Positions 20,945-30,720 of a DNA stretch of 64,000 nucleotides are shown here, piece by piece. A program made the translations under genes and the position numbers. Numbering within the stretch: position 1 is the first letter of the stretch; every line of letters begins with the position of its first letter. This stretch comes from a virus (lineage: Duplodnaviria > Heunggongvirae > Uroviricota > Caudoviricetes), in IMG/VR virus record IMGVR_UViG_3300028048_000043, one strand, 5' to 3'. The notes under the pieces were generated by a model, which had not been told where the DNA came from, searched no databases, and saw nothing but the letters and a program-made list of their open reading frames with translations.

Positions 20945-21121
20945 ATGGCAACATACACGATTACCGCAAAAATCACAGTCAGCGGAAATCACATAAAAAC
21001 AAAGAACGACGCAATCGTCGAAGTGGCCGTTATGAAAAACGCCTATGAGGAAATGAACGATAAAGATTCATCCATTACTATCAGAATTGATGAAGTCGAG
21101 AGAAAGAAAGTTAAAAAATAA
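20945..21121 (+). CDS. hypothetical protein, 58 aa
   Basis: Not in the ORF track; ctATG start in operon. Confidence 0.65.
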   Translation: MATYTITAKITVSGNHIKTKNDAIVEVAVMKNAYEEMNDKDSSITIRIDEVERKKVKK

Positions 21122-21460
21122 GGCGTTTTAAGACACTTTAACTTTAAGACGGTAAATTACTCGTCTTTCTTCTTAAACGACGAACACGGGCGGTTTATGC
21201 CCCAAAGAAATGAAATTTCGGGAGGCTTCGGCTTTCCGAAATTTTCTTTTTGTCCCGACACGATGTTCATCACCTGTGTCCGCCTTCTGTCCAACAAAAA
21301 TAATTGCGCAGCAATTATTTGAATCGGCTCATCCGGACACTTATCGGCTCAAATTTCATATCTTTCGGCTCACGACACAAATTTATTACAAGTTTGTGGC
21401 AGAATTTTTTGGAAATTAAATTTCTTTTACCTATATTTGCGATAAGAAAGAAATAAACAT

Positions 21461-21622
21461 ATGGAAAGAGAATTTATCCTTACGGAAACTATCGTGAATA
21501 ACATTCTTCGCTTCTGCGAGGACAAGCAAGTGTATGATAAACTTGGTGCGTATGGCGATTTCTATTATAAGTTGAAAAAAGCCACGCAGAGCGATAACAA
21601 TGTGGGCGTTTATGTAGAATAA
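21461..21622 (+). CDS. hypothetical protein, 53 aa
   Basis: Not in the ORF track; promoter 21432. Confidence 0.7.
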   Translation: MEREFILTETIVNNILRFCEDKQVYDKLGAYGDFYYKLKKATQSDNNVGVYVE

Positions 21623-21640
21623 ATTTGGAAAAGAAAGAAT

Positions 21641-21808
21641 ATGAAACCGAAAAGATGCAAACTCATTCTCAACACATCAAGCGGCTACTGCTTAACGCAA
21701 TGTTTTTTTAGCATTGCAAGTGCCGTGAGATTCGCAAAGGAAAGCGGATTCTTCGCATACAGAATTTTCGTGGACGGACAAAAGGTACGGAGCGGATTTT
21801 GCGATTAA
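21641..21808 (+). CDS. hypothetical protein, 55 aa
   Basis: Not in the ORF track; A-rich start. Confidence 0.6.
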   Translation: MKPKRCKLILNTSSGYCLTQCFFSIASAVRFAKESGFFAYRIFVDGQKVRSGFCD

Positions 21809-21884
21809 AGTAAAGGTGCTAAAATAAATTTGGAAATGCCAATTTAATTCCCTATCTTTGTTTTGTAATAAAAAGAAAAGCATT

Positions 21885-22142
21885 ATGGCAAAGAAAGCTT
21901 ATATCGTTCAGTACACAGTCACCACGAGGATTATCGTTGACGCGCCTGACGGAGTTACGCCGGACAACAACGACAAACTGTTCAAGAAGTGTTCGGACGA
22001 AGCATATGAACGCATCAATCGCTTCGGGATAGACACCTATCTTGACGCTGAGAACGCGGAAATCACAGAGGATACGGAGTGTCCTTACGACGAGGAAAGT
22101 TCACTGGACGCGAACTTCCGGAACACGGTTTGCTTCGAGTAA
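21885..22142 (+). CDS. hypothetical protein, 85 aa
   Basis: Promoter 21853. Confidence 0.8.
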   Translation: MAKKAYIVQYTVTTRIIVDAPDGVTPDNNDKLFKKCSDEAYERINRFGIDTYLDAENAEITEDTECPYDEESSLDANFRNTVCFE

Positions 22143-22158
22143 AAAATAAAATCTCATT

Positions 22159-22368
22159 ATGGAAGACAAGGAAAAAGTATGGGAAATCGTATTCGTCCGC
22201 AACGACGGAACCGCCCACAGATCGGTAGTCAACTCACCAGCGAGCTTTGAATACTACCATAATCAGGTGTTCGCAGGAAACGGTGAGAAAGTCGCCCTTC
22301 TTCTTAACGGAGAAATCGCAAAGATGTACTCCCGTGAAAAGGGATTTGAAACATTCATCGAAGTATGA
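22159..22368 (+). CDS. hypothetical protein, 69 aa
   Basis: In operon; ATGA overlap with the next gene. Confidence 0.75.
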   Translation: MEDKEKVWEIVFVRNDGTAHRSVVNSPASFEYYHNQVFAGNGEKVALLLNGEIAKMYSREKGFETFIEV

Positions 22369-22640
22369 TTGCAGAGAACAAAGGTTTCCTTGCGAAGATT
22401 AACGCCGACATCGAAAAAAAGTACAAGTCGAGCAAAGGAAATCTCAGGGCAACATTCGTCGGCGGCAACACGGTTTATCTAAGGTATTTCGACAAACCGA
22501 AGTTCAATCTCGCTTTCGTGGCGAAGACGATCCTTGAACGATACCCTTCCGTATATTGGGTTCACATTCAGGGAGACGGAAGCTTCACTGCAACGGTGTA
22601 CTCCAAAGAAACCCTTTCCTACACAGGGTACATGAAATAA
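22365..22640 (+). CDS. hypothetical protein, 91 aa, paralog of 18570-18839
   Basis: Shared motifs. Confidence 0.8.
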   Translation: MIAENKGFLAKINADIEKKYKSSKGNLRATFVGGNTVYLRYFDKPKFNLAFVAKTILERYPSVYWVHIQGDGSFTATVYSKETLSYTGYMK

Positions 22641-22913
22641 CATTTCTCAGTCATAGTTTAATTTCTTGAATTTCCCTTTCCGATTTTTTCGGATTGGGAA
22701 ATTTTTTTGTTTGGTCTGGTTGAGGGATTTGGTTTCCTGGAAGGAGGGTATCAACAGAAAAATAATTGCGCCGCAATTATTTCTGAACGCAGGTCGTGAC
22801 CAATAATCTGGATAATTTCCAAAAAATAAAATGAAATTTCTTTTGTAAAAAAGTTTGGAATTTATTCTGGAATTTCCTATATTTGCAATACAGAAACAAA
22901 AACAGAAATCGTT

Positions 22914-23432
22914 ATGGCAAAATTTCAGAAAAACAATTCCGTTTTCACTATCTTTGAAAGCGACCGCGAAATCGAGTTCGATGAAGTCAAGGAAAGGTGT
23001 GAAATCAATGACCGCGACTGCCCGGAGGAAGACAGCCACGAATACTATTTGGAGTGCATGCGCATCCACGAGGGGGAAACGGAGGATTTCTATGCAAGCC
23101 TTGAAGACTGCAAGGCACTGAAAGTTCCCTGTATGGTTACTGGTGAACTTGGGTTGTGGAACGGACATCCTTCCGTCGTGCCTATGAAGTTTGACTGCGT
23201 TGAAGATGCAGTGAAACACTGCGTAAGCCGCGACATCATGGATATAGATGTGGTCTATAACAAAGGTGTAATTGAAATCAACTGCTATCACCACGACGGT
23301 ACCAACTGTTTCAACATCCGCAAGCTTTCAAAGAAAGGCAAAGCTGAGGTCGAGAAAGGAAAATATCTGTTCGAGGACTACGAGCCTAAGGATTGGTGGT
23401 TCTGCCAGTTCAAGCCGGAAGAAATTTTTTAA
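22914..23432 (+). CDS. hypothetical protein, 172 aa, paralog of 26803-27396
   Basis: Promoter 22878; YHHDG..F..RKL..KG motif. Confidence 0.85.
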   Translation: MAKFQKNNSVFTIFESDREIEFDEVKERCEINDRDCPEEDSHEYYLECMRIHEGETEDFYASLEDCKALKVPCMVTGELGLWNGHPSVVPMKFDCVEDAVKHCVSRDIMDIDVVYNKGVIEINCYHHDGTNCFNIRKLSKKGKAEVEKGKYLFEDYEPKDWWFCQFKPEEIF

Positions 23433-23500
23433 CGGATCGCTTGGAAGTCTCATCATTATTCCCTATATTTGCATAAAGAAACTACTAAACATTTACAGCT

Positions 23501-23713
23501 ATGTGGGATTTGTTCAAAATACTTATAGGAATTATCCTTCTTATCTTAATACTTCCTCTGCTCTGGCTTTTGATTAAGCTCTGCATCTGGTTCTTCGGCT
23601 GGATATTCGGAGGTCTTGCTATGGCAGGCTTGGGGTTCGCAATCGGCGACATACTGACGGTTCTGTTCATCATCGCTTGTGTGGTGTTCGTAATCTGGGT
23701 TATATGCAGTTAA
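23501..23713 (+). CDS. small hydrophobic membrane protein, 70 aa
   Basis: Almost entirely hydrophobic; promoter 23464. Confidence 0.75.
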   Translation: MWDLFKILIGIILLILILPLLWLLIKLCIWFFGWIFGGLAMAGLGFAIGDILTVLFIIACVVFVIWVICS

Positions 23714-24166
23714 TCATATTTTTATGAATAAATATAAAAAATAGGGAGCCGTACTCCCGAATTTACGCTTGTGGACTATCCAACTATGGATGAACCAAAC
23801 AGAAATGTTATGCTAAAAGGTAGCGATAGGTTGAAGCAAGAAATTGAAACTCATAAGTTTTTTATAAGTTTCTTTATACGGTTATCTGCTCGTAACAAAA
23901 AATAAACTAATTTCGGAAACGATGCGGAAATCTCTCTCGATTTTTCGGGAGAGATTTTTTGTTTATGTTCTGGTGTGCAACCCCGACTGCACACCATGCT
24001 TGGCGGATGAAAAATAATTGCGGCGCAATTATTTTAATCTGGAACATCTCGCGTTTGGTTCTGGAAATTTTCCTGAAAAAATAAAATGAAATTTCTTTTG
24101 AGATTTTTTTGGAAAATAAAAATGGATTTCCTATATTTGCAATACAGAAATAAAAAACAAAAGACT

Positions 24167-24448
24167 ATGGCAAATAAAATCTACAAAGTTGAGGTCGAAA
24201 TCAAGGAGACCTACAAGAGAACCTTTCTCGTTCAAGCCAGCAGCAAAGCTGCCGCCACGAGGAAAATCAACGAGAACATCTACAACAGCGACAGTAGGTT
24301 TAGCAGTTTTGTGTACGACCAGACAACCGAAGCTCTCGATAGCCAGAGAATCGCGGCAACCTGCAAAGGAATCGAGGAAAATCCTTCCAACTACGCAAAA
24401 TCCTGCTTCGAGAATAATCCCGAAGACATCATCACCGCCAACATCTAA
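24167..24448 (+). CDS. hypothetical protein, 93 aa
   Basis: Promoter 24132. Confidence 0.8.
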   Translation: MANKIYKVEVEIKETYKRTFLVQASSKAAATRKINENIYNSDSRFSSFVYDQTTEALDSQRIAATCKGIEENPSNYAKSCFENNPEDIITANI

Positions 24449-24461
24449 AACATTAAAGAAT

Positions 24462-24944
24462 ATGGAAAAGAAAACAACCGTAATCATCTTCTGCCCCCAG
24501 ACCGGCGAGACAAAGACCTTCACCAACATCAACTACGAGACCGCCTATGCGCTTCTGCAAGACGCGGAGGACAACGCAGCTATGGAGGAATCCGCTAACA
24601 GGACGACACCTGAGGACATCAAGGCACTCGCCGAACTCAGGGAGAAGCTGAGCCGAGACATCGAAGCTGACAGACCGGGAACGCTCGCTCTCGACACGCT
24701 GAACGCGGAACTCGAAAAGAATCCTCCAATCGTTCGGGACGTGTTCGAGAAAACAGTCGGTGTTTCGAGGCTTTCCGCGTTTACCCTCGAAAAGATTACC
24801 GACGGGATCGGCGGAATACCTTTCTTCTGCGAGCAGATCTCCGAGATGAACCCCCTTCTCGCGGCAACCGCCTTCATCCTTCTCAAAAGGGCTATGGAGG
24901 ACGTTGAGAAATCGATGCCGGCCGGAACCTTCAACGGTGAATAG
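24462..24944 (+). CDS. hypothetical protein, 160 aa
   Basis: In operon; terminator near 24991-25030. Confidence 0.8.
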   Translation: MEKKTTVIIFCPQTGETKTFTNINYETAYALLQDAEDNAAMEESANRTTPEDIKALAELREKLSRDIEADRPGTLALDTLNAELEKNPPIVRDVFEKTVGVSRLSAFTLEKITDGIGGIPFFCEQISEMNPLLAATAFILLKRAMEDVEKSMPAGTFNGE

Positions 24945-25220
24945 GAACATGACACGGAAGAAGTAAATCTCTCCGCGACATAAAAAAAAATGAAATCTCA
25001 CTTTTTCGGAAGTGGGATTTTATTTTTTTATACTCTCAGGTGGGGAAGGTACCCCCTGGAAGGCGATCCAAATAATTGCGCCGCAATTATTTTTAGACTG
25101 ACATCTCAGGACATTTTCCAGAAAAACTTTATAAAATTTTTTAAGAAATAAAATGAAATTTCTTTTTGGAAAATATCCGGAAATTCCGTATATTTGCACT
25201 GCAAACAAAATCCCAAAGAA

Positions 25221-25778
25221 ATGATTAAAGTTTCATACAATCAACTAATCGACATCCTGACTGTTTCGCAGGACAGCAAAATCCGCGTCCGCTACACTTC
25301 CGACGTGAAGATGAACAAGAAAGGAAATCCGTTTTTCATCAACTCCGAATTGCAGCACGAAGTAAAGAAGACTACGGAGTGCGTTTACGGGTTCGGTCAG
25401 AACTACGTCGAGCTTGTGCGAGAAGCCGCTAAGCAATCGGGTGTTCAGGATTCGAGTTTCGGCACGTCTGGAAAGTCCTGGGCTAAGGCTCTGGTCGCCG
25501 ACAAGGTTTACATCAACGAGACGACAAACGCTCTTTATTTGAGGGTTACTGTCATCAACGACGAACATCCTTCCTATGTAGGATACACCGTTGACGGAAA
25601 TCCGGCGGGAGAAGAAGACCTCGAAACAATAAAGACCTTTGAGCGCAAGACGGCAGGATCGGTCAAGAAGCAGAGCGAATACGGCGTTGACGACGAAAAG
25701 CAGGTAGTTCCTATCATGCTGTCGTTCGACAAGATTGATTTCGTTGAAATCGACGGTCAGCAGTTCACGCTGAAATAG
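25221..25778 (+). CDS. hypothetical protein, 185 aa
   Basis: Promoter 25189; terminator 25801-25838. Confidence 0.85.
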   Translation: MIKVSYNQLIDILTVSQDSKIRVRYTSDVKMNKKGNPFFINSELQHEVKKTTECVYGFGQNYVELVREAAKQSGVQDSSFGTSGKSWAKALVADKVYINETTNALYLRVTVINDEHPSYVGYTVDGNPAGEEDLETIKTFERKTAGSVKKQSEYGVDDEKQVVPIMLSFDKIDFVEIDGQQFTLK

Positions 25779-25919
25779 TATTCTGGTATGAGATTTCATC
25801 GACCGATACCATTGAGTTGGTGTCGGTTTCTTTTTTATTTTTATAAAAAACGGATAATCTTTTTTGGATAAAATTTTTGGAAATTATCTAAATAATTATT
25901 ACAGAATAAATTAAGAAAT

Positions 25920-25974
25920 TTTTCTACATTTTTTCGTACGAGTTTTTGCACTTTTTCTACATTTTTTCGTACGA
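25920..25974. repeat. 22-bp direct repeat TTTTCTACATTTTTTCGTACGA x2
   Basis: Lies in the gap where the plus and minus gene blocks converge. Confidence 0.7.
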
Positions 25975-26136
25975 TAAAGTGTTGTTAGCTCACATATTTC
26001 CGGGGAATAAACTGCGATAAAGTCACATTTTCAAGGATCGCGACAGCGATATTTTGCACGAAATCAAAAATGGAAGGCTCAGTCTTATCACAAGAGAGAA
26101 CCTTCCTGGAAAACAAAAAACCTTGCTGTTTTTGTG

Positions 26137-26562
26137 TTATTCGTCTGGATCGTTTCCGTCGCAGAGAGCGAACTTTACGAGAAGTTCATAAACGTTCACC
26201 TTGCTAACGATGTCAAGATCGTATTCGAAATCGAGTTCGATGTATTCGTCTGTGTCAGGATCGGTTTCGGCGACAACGACAACGATGTCTGGATATGTCA
26301 GGTTGTCCTGTTTGGAATAGCATTTCACGTCTGCGACGTTTGCTGCGTGGAGTTCACCATACCGATCGTTCCATTTGACTACTGGATTTTCTTCGAGGGT
26401 TGATACGAAGTCTTCCGGCACGCTTACGATAAGGTGAGGCGGCTCGTCGTTTTCACATTCACCGATGTCACCGTATTCCTGAACGATTAGCGTCACATCC
26501 CTTGCTACGTCCCTTGAAATCTGGTTGAGCTTGTTGTTGTAAACAGTTAAATCGAATTTCAT
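26137..26562 (-). CDS. hypothetical acidic protein, 141 aa
   Basis: ORF with an A-rich start. Confidence 0.8.
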   Translation of the reverse strand: MKFDLTVYNNKLNQISRDVARDVTLIVQEYGDIGECENDEPPHLIVSVPEDFVSTLEENPVVKWNDRYGELHAANVADVKCYSKQDNLTYPDIVVVVAETDPDTDEYIELDFEYDLDIVSKVNVYELLVKFALCDGNDPDE

Positions 26563-26574
26563 AACCGTATAATG

Positions 26575-26751
26575 TTAGTATCTGAAATATCCCGCAGCGG
26601 AACAGAACTCCTTGAAGGAAAGCACGCTGTGCAGACCATTCTCCTTCATCTCGTCCTGATATTTCACATAGTCGTCGTGTGCAGCCTGCATCCTTTCGTA
26701 CATTTTGCTGTTCTCAGGCTTGTTGTTGAAAATAGATTTGCTTTCTTCCAT
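26575..26751 (-). CDS. hypothetical protein, 58 aa (MEESKSIF...)
   Basis: Not in the ORF track; promoter near 26770. Confidence 0.7.
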   Translation of the reverse strand: MEESKSIFNNKPENSKMYERMQAAHDDYVKYQDEMKENGLHSVLSFKEFCSAAGYFRY

Positions 26752-26802
26752 AATGTTCTCTGTTGTAGTGCAAATATAGGAAAAAGAAATTCCATTTCCA
26801 AA

Positions 26803-27396
26803 TTAAAAGTCAATATCCCTTGCATAAATTTTCCCGAACCACCACCAGCGCGGAACATATTCCTCCATTCTGTTTTCAGTCCAGAACGCGGCTTTCTCCC
26901 CTTTCGGTCTTAGCTTGTGAAGTTCGAACCGTTTGAACGATCCGTCGGCATGGTATGCGTACATTGCGAGTACACCGTCTTCGTACCTGAGCATGAAGTC
27001 AACGGTGTCCCTGTGGTTTGCGATTGCCATTACAGCCTTCTGCAAACCTGTCTTTTCATATCCGTAGATGTTCATACCGTCCTTTGCGGTATATCTGATG
27101 TGGAAGTTCTCGCTGTGGAACACAGCCGCCCTTATAGGTTCGTATCCGTCCCAACCGTAAGTGCTGCCGGAAACGAGAACCGAATACACGTTCTTCGTCC
27201 ATTCAAGGTTTGAGAAAAGCAACGCCTTCCTGCTTTCTATCCTGTTCGACTTCCATTTCTCAAACGCCTTAGAATCCTTCCTTCCGTATTTTTCCTTGCG
27301 GCTTCTCTGCTCGATTTTGTATAAGGCGTAGTCTCCTTCGAAGCCGTGTCTTTCCCTTGTGTCAAGTATTGTTAAATCTCTTACTACCTTTGACAT
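26803..27396 (-). CDS. hypothetical protein, 197 aa, paralog of 22914-23432
   Basis: YHADG...F..HKL.PKG motif. Confidence 0.8.
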   Translation of the reverse strand: MSKVVRDLTILDTRERHGFEGDYALYKIEQRSRKEKYGRKDSKAFEKWKSNRIESRKALLFSNLEWTKNVYSVLVSGSTYGWDGYEPIRAAVFHSENFHIRYTAKDGMNIYGYEKTGLQKAVMAIANHRDTVDFMLRYEDGVLAMYAYHADGSFKRFELHKLRPKGEKAAFWTENRMEEYVPRWWWFGKIYARDIDF

Positions 27397-27897
27397 ATAA
27401 CAGATTGTATTATAACGATTTGTAATTCCAAAAATGTTTTGATTTGGAATTTAAGTATTTATCTGTTGCAGAAGTGATCCAGATTTCTTGGTCATCGCGC
27501 CAGGTGCGTCACTGAAATAATTGCGGCGCAATTATTAAAATCACAACATACCGTGATTTCAGGTCAAAACAATGAAAAAATAAAATCCCGTTATGTCTTT
27601 TTCACAACATAATGGGATTTTCAAAAACAAGGAAATTGCAGTCAGCATAGTTCCGAAAAATATAGAATCAACTAAATCTTTCGTTTATAGTTCAACAACT
27701 AATGGGTTAACTACTAAACCCTCTATCCCATGGCTGAATGCGCTTGGGATTGCTTTTCGAAGAATAAGGATGTTTTATTATTTATTTCAAAAATTTCAGT
27801 ACACTTGCAAATAGTGAAAAATTGCAGTTGGCGTAAGAGATACTACTACGCCAACTGCAATTCTGCAACCGTGTCACTGTCCCGGAAAAGGAAGCCC

Positions 27898-28128
27898 TTA
27901 CCTGTCGGTCGCGGCGTCGATTTCGTTCAGGATGTATTCGTCCGTGTCGGCAAGTGTGCCGTCAATGTCGCAGAGCCATTCGTAGCTCTCAGGCTCCTCC
28001 TCGTAATTGCCCGGCACGAGCCGCTTCACTTCAAGGAACTTCCCGCCCTTAGCGGCGTCGGTGACTTCCTCTACGAGATAGGTGTCGCAGATACCCTTTA
28101 CTTTCCTCTGTTTGTTTTCTTTTGCCAT
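27898..28128 (-). CDS. hypothetical protein, 76 aa
   Basis: In operon; hairpin at 27824-27860. Confidence 0.75.
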   Translation of the reverse strand: MAKENKQRKVKGICDTYLVEEVTDAAKGGKFLEVKRLVPGNYEEEPESYEWLCDIDGTLADTDEYILNEIDAATDR

Positions 28129-28152
28129 GATATTTCCTTTTATTTGGTTGAT

Positions 28153-28545
28153 TTATTCGAGACCATATTTATCCATAAATTCCTGGATAGACTTCACTTC
28201 GCCGTTCTCCCTTTCGAGAAGGTACTGGTTGCGACCCTGCTCCCACGTTTCGTGGAGATCGATTTCGAACTCCAACGGCTCCTCTACGTTGCGCTCGTAT
28301 TCGTCAGCCCACGCAGCGATTTCACCGTAGGACGGCCCGATTTTGTGTGTTGAGACACGACCGTTTTCGTCAACGTGCTTTTTCAGGAACTCCTCCTCGA
28401 CGAGAACATATTCGTCGTCCTCAGGATCGTTGATGATGTGTTCACGGATGTCGTGGATTTCCTCAACCTCCTGTGAATAGGGATAGGGAACTTTTACATA
28501 CCGGGGAAAAGTCTCGGTGTTGCTAAGGTCAATCGTATAGTTCAT
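28153..28545 (-). CDS. hypothetical acidic protein, 130 aa
   Basis: Promoter near 28575. Confidence 0.8.
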   Translation of the reverse strand: MNYTIDLSNTETFPRYVKVPYPYSQEVEEIHDIREHIINDPEDDEYVLVEEEFLKKHVDENGRVSTHKIGPSYGEIAAWADEYERNVEEPLEFEIDLHETWEQGRNQYLLERENGEVKSIQEFMDKYGLE

Positions 28546-28611
28546 GATGCAGATGTTTTAATGTTTCTGATGCAAATATAGGGAAAAGAAATTTCATTTC
28601 CAAAAAATTCC

Positions 28612-29025
28612 CTAAAATCTTTCTTCGATTTCGTCGAACATTTTGTCGGCGTTCTTTTCTCCGACGGAAAGCGCGATGTCCCTGTACCGAATACCAACCC
28701 TGTCCGTCAGCGTAAGTATGGCTCTGTGTTTCGTGTCGTCGTCAAGGCTGTCGTCGCTGGCGATGTTTTTCATACCGGCTTCGTATCCAACCATACTTCC
28801 GTTGGAGATAAAGCAAGGCTCAGTTTCGAGCGGAGAGCTTGCGGTCTTTCCCTTTTCGTATGCGTCGCGATCTTTGAAGACGTAAACCTTAGTTCCGTCC
28901 TTCTTTACATAATCGTCTCCTACGCGGTAAAGAACCATGTCCTTCTGTTCGGCGTCGTAAACCTTGTAACCTATTTCACAGTTTACTACGCGCTGTCCGA
29001 ATGGATTGATGTACTCCTTTTCCAT
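28612..29025 (-). CDS. hypothetical protein, 137 aa
   Basis: Promoter near 29050. Confidence 0.8.
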   Translation of the reverse strand: MEKEYINPFGQRVVNCEIGYKVYDAEQKDMVLYRVGDDYVKKDGTKVYVFKDRDAYEKGKTASSPLETEPCFISNGSMVGYEAGMKNIASDDSLDDDTKHRAILTLTDRVGIRYRDIALSVGEKNADKMFDEIEERF

Positions 29026-29268
29026 AATGAATTTTCGTTTTACATGGCAAATATAGGGATTTGATTTGACATTTCCAAATAAATGATTGTTCAAATTTGA
29101 ACAATTTGCGTTCATTGTTTTTGAACAGAGTGTTCACGATTTCACCGATGTTCACGAATCGTGAACACTGGCGATTTCATGAACACTGGCAAATAAAAAA
29201 GAAAGGATATAAAATTCCTTTCATATCCCTTCTCGTTTCATTATGGATTTGAGTTAACAGAGTTTCAA

Positions 29269-29922
29269 TCAGAATCCCGATGAATACAGATAAACCCTGT
29301 ATCCGTTTGCGATCTGCTGAATGAGTTTCTTGCAGACGCGGCGCGTTTCGAGCGCAATCCTGTTATTCTCGTGACGCCTGAAATTCTTTACGGTTGGCGG
29401 ATATTGCATGTGCCCCCTTTCGTCGATGCGCTGGAACATAATTCCCTTGTAGGTTCTGTCGCAGAGTTCAACCGTCTTTTGGAGTTCGGGAAGTGTGATT
29501 TCAGTGAAGAAACTTCCTGTGTCTCCTGTGAGATTTTTCTCGAAAAGGGATTTGTTTCCGAGCCTCGTGACTGCCGGCATTGTGTTAACCTTTTTGAGAA
29601 TGTTTTCCCTTTCCTTTTTCCACACATCGACTGGTACGGTGATGTAGAACGGAGTTTTCTTTCCGGCTTCGTTATATCCTGCGCCATATCCGAGCTTTGA
29701 AAGGGAATCTTCTGGAATGAAGAAATCCTTAGCGAGCCATTTCAGGCAACGTCTGTGTTCGGAAATGTATTCGGGGGCTGGAAGGTTAGCTGCCTTGTCG
29801 AGCCTCTTGATGCAGGCGTCATACTTCTTCTCGAAACCTTTTTTAAGGTTTGCTATGTCCTCGTTGACACACGTCAGCAGGTTGTCGCTTTTCTGCTTAG
29901 TCCTGAAAAAATAATATGCCAT
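29269..29922 (-). CDS. hypothetical basic protein, 217 aa
   Basis: ORF; terminator near 29196-29232. Confidence 0.8.
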   Translation of the reverse strand: MAYYFFRTKQKSDNLLTCVNEDIANLKKGFEKKYDACIKRLDKAANLPAPEYISEHRRCLKWLAKDFFIPEDSLSKLGYGAGYNEAGKKTPFYITVPVDVWKKERENILKKVNTMPAVTRLGNKSLFEKNLTGDTGSFFTEITLPELQKTVELCDRTYKGIMFQRIDERGHMQYPPTVKNFRRHENNRIALETRRVCKKLIQQIANGYRVYLYSSGF

Positions 29923-29933
29923 GATTTTTCTCC

Positions 29934-30227
29934 TTATTTCTTTTTCGGTTCGGGAAACTCGACACACACTTCCTCGATTGAAGCGCAGGCGTGGTTCTCC
30001 ACATAACGACCGTCCTCGTAAATCTGGAAAGACGTGTCGTAAACTTCGACGATGATGCTACCTTCCTCAATTTCGTCTTTGTCGTATTCCGAGATAAGCT
30101 CGTTATACTTCTCTTTAAGGCGAGCCTTAGCCTCTTTCATGGTGGCGAATCCGACCTGTTCGACCGAACTGGACTGTTCCATGTCGAAAGCGTTGTCCGT
30201 AGCGATTACAAAAATGTTCTTTTTCAT
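29934..30227 (-). CDS. hypothetical acidic protein, 97 aa
   Basis: Promoter near 30262. Confidence 0.8.
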   Translation of the reverse strand: MKKNIFVIATDNAFDMEQSSSVEQVGFATMKEAKARLKEKYNELISEYDKDEIEEGSIIVEVYDTSFQIYEDGRYVENHACASIEEVCVEFPEPKKK

Positions 30228-30423
30228 GTTTCGTTTCGTTTTAGTTGTTTAACTTCAACGCAAAGATAGCTCAAATGAATGATACTTCCAAATAAAATTT
30301 CGTCTATTTTCTATATTCATAATTAACAACTTGACAATCAAATAATTATCATAATTTTTGCACTATTTTCATATGTTATGAAAACAATGCAAATGTTATG
30401 ATAATATATTGTAAATAAGATTG

Positions 30424-30720
30424 TTATACAAGCGGAGTTCTGTCCTTTGCCCAGTAATACGCATCTTCCGGGTAGTCAGATTCCCTTATCCATTTTGAAT
30501 AAGGTCTGATCCATACCTCACAGTTTTCCATAAAGTTCATCGACTGCCTTATAAGAAACTCCGTAACGTCGTAGTCTTTCTTGTAGAATTTCCTGAAATC
30601 TACCTTTACGTCGTTTATCTTATATGTTACGTTTACACAGAACTCCTCCGGGCATGGTGAGATTGTAAGCTTCCTGTTCTCCTGACGTATCCATTTAGGA
30701 TAGCGGTATTTTGGCGACAT
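30424..30720 (-). CDS. hypothetical protein, about 98 aa
   Basis: Start uncertain; overlaps the upstream gene. Confidence 0.6.
   Translation of the reverse strand: MSPKYRYPKWIRQENRKLTISPCPEEFCVNVTYKINDVKVDFRKFYKKDYDVTEFLIRQSMNFMENCEVWIRPYSKWIRESDYPEDAYYWAKDRTPLV

Noticed and set aside
23720-23960. ncRNA downstream of the membrane-protein gene
   Set aside because: A 39-codon ORF with a normal start (23786) explains it equally well; undecidable from sequence.
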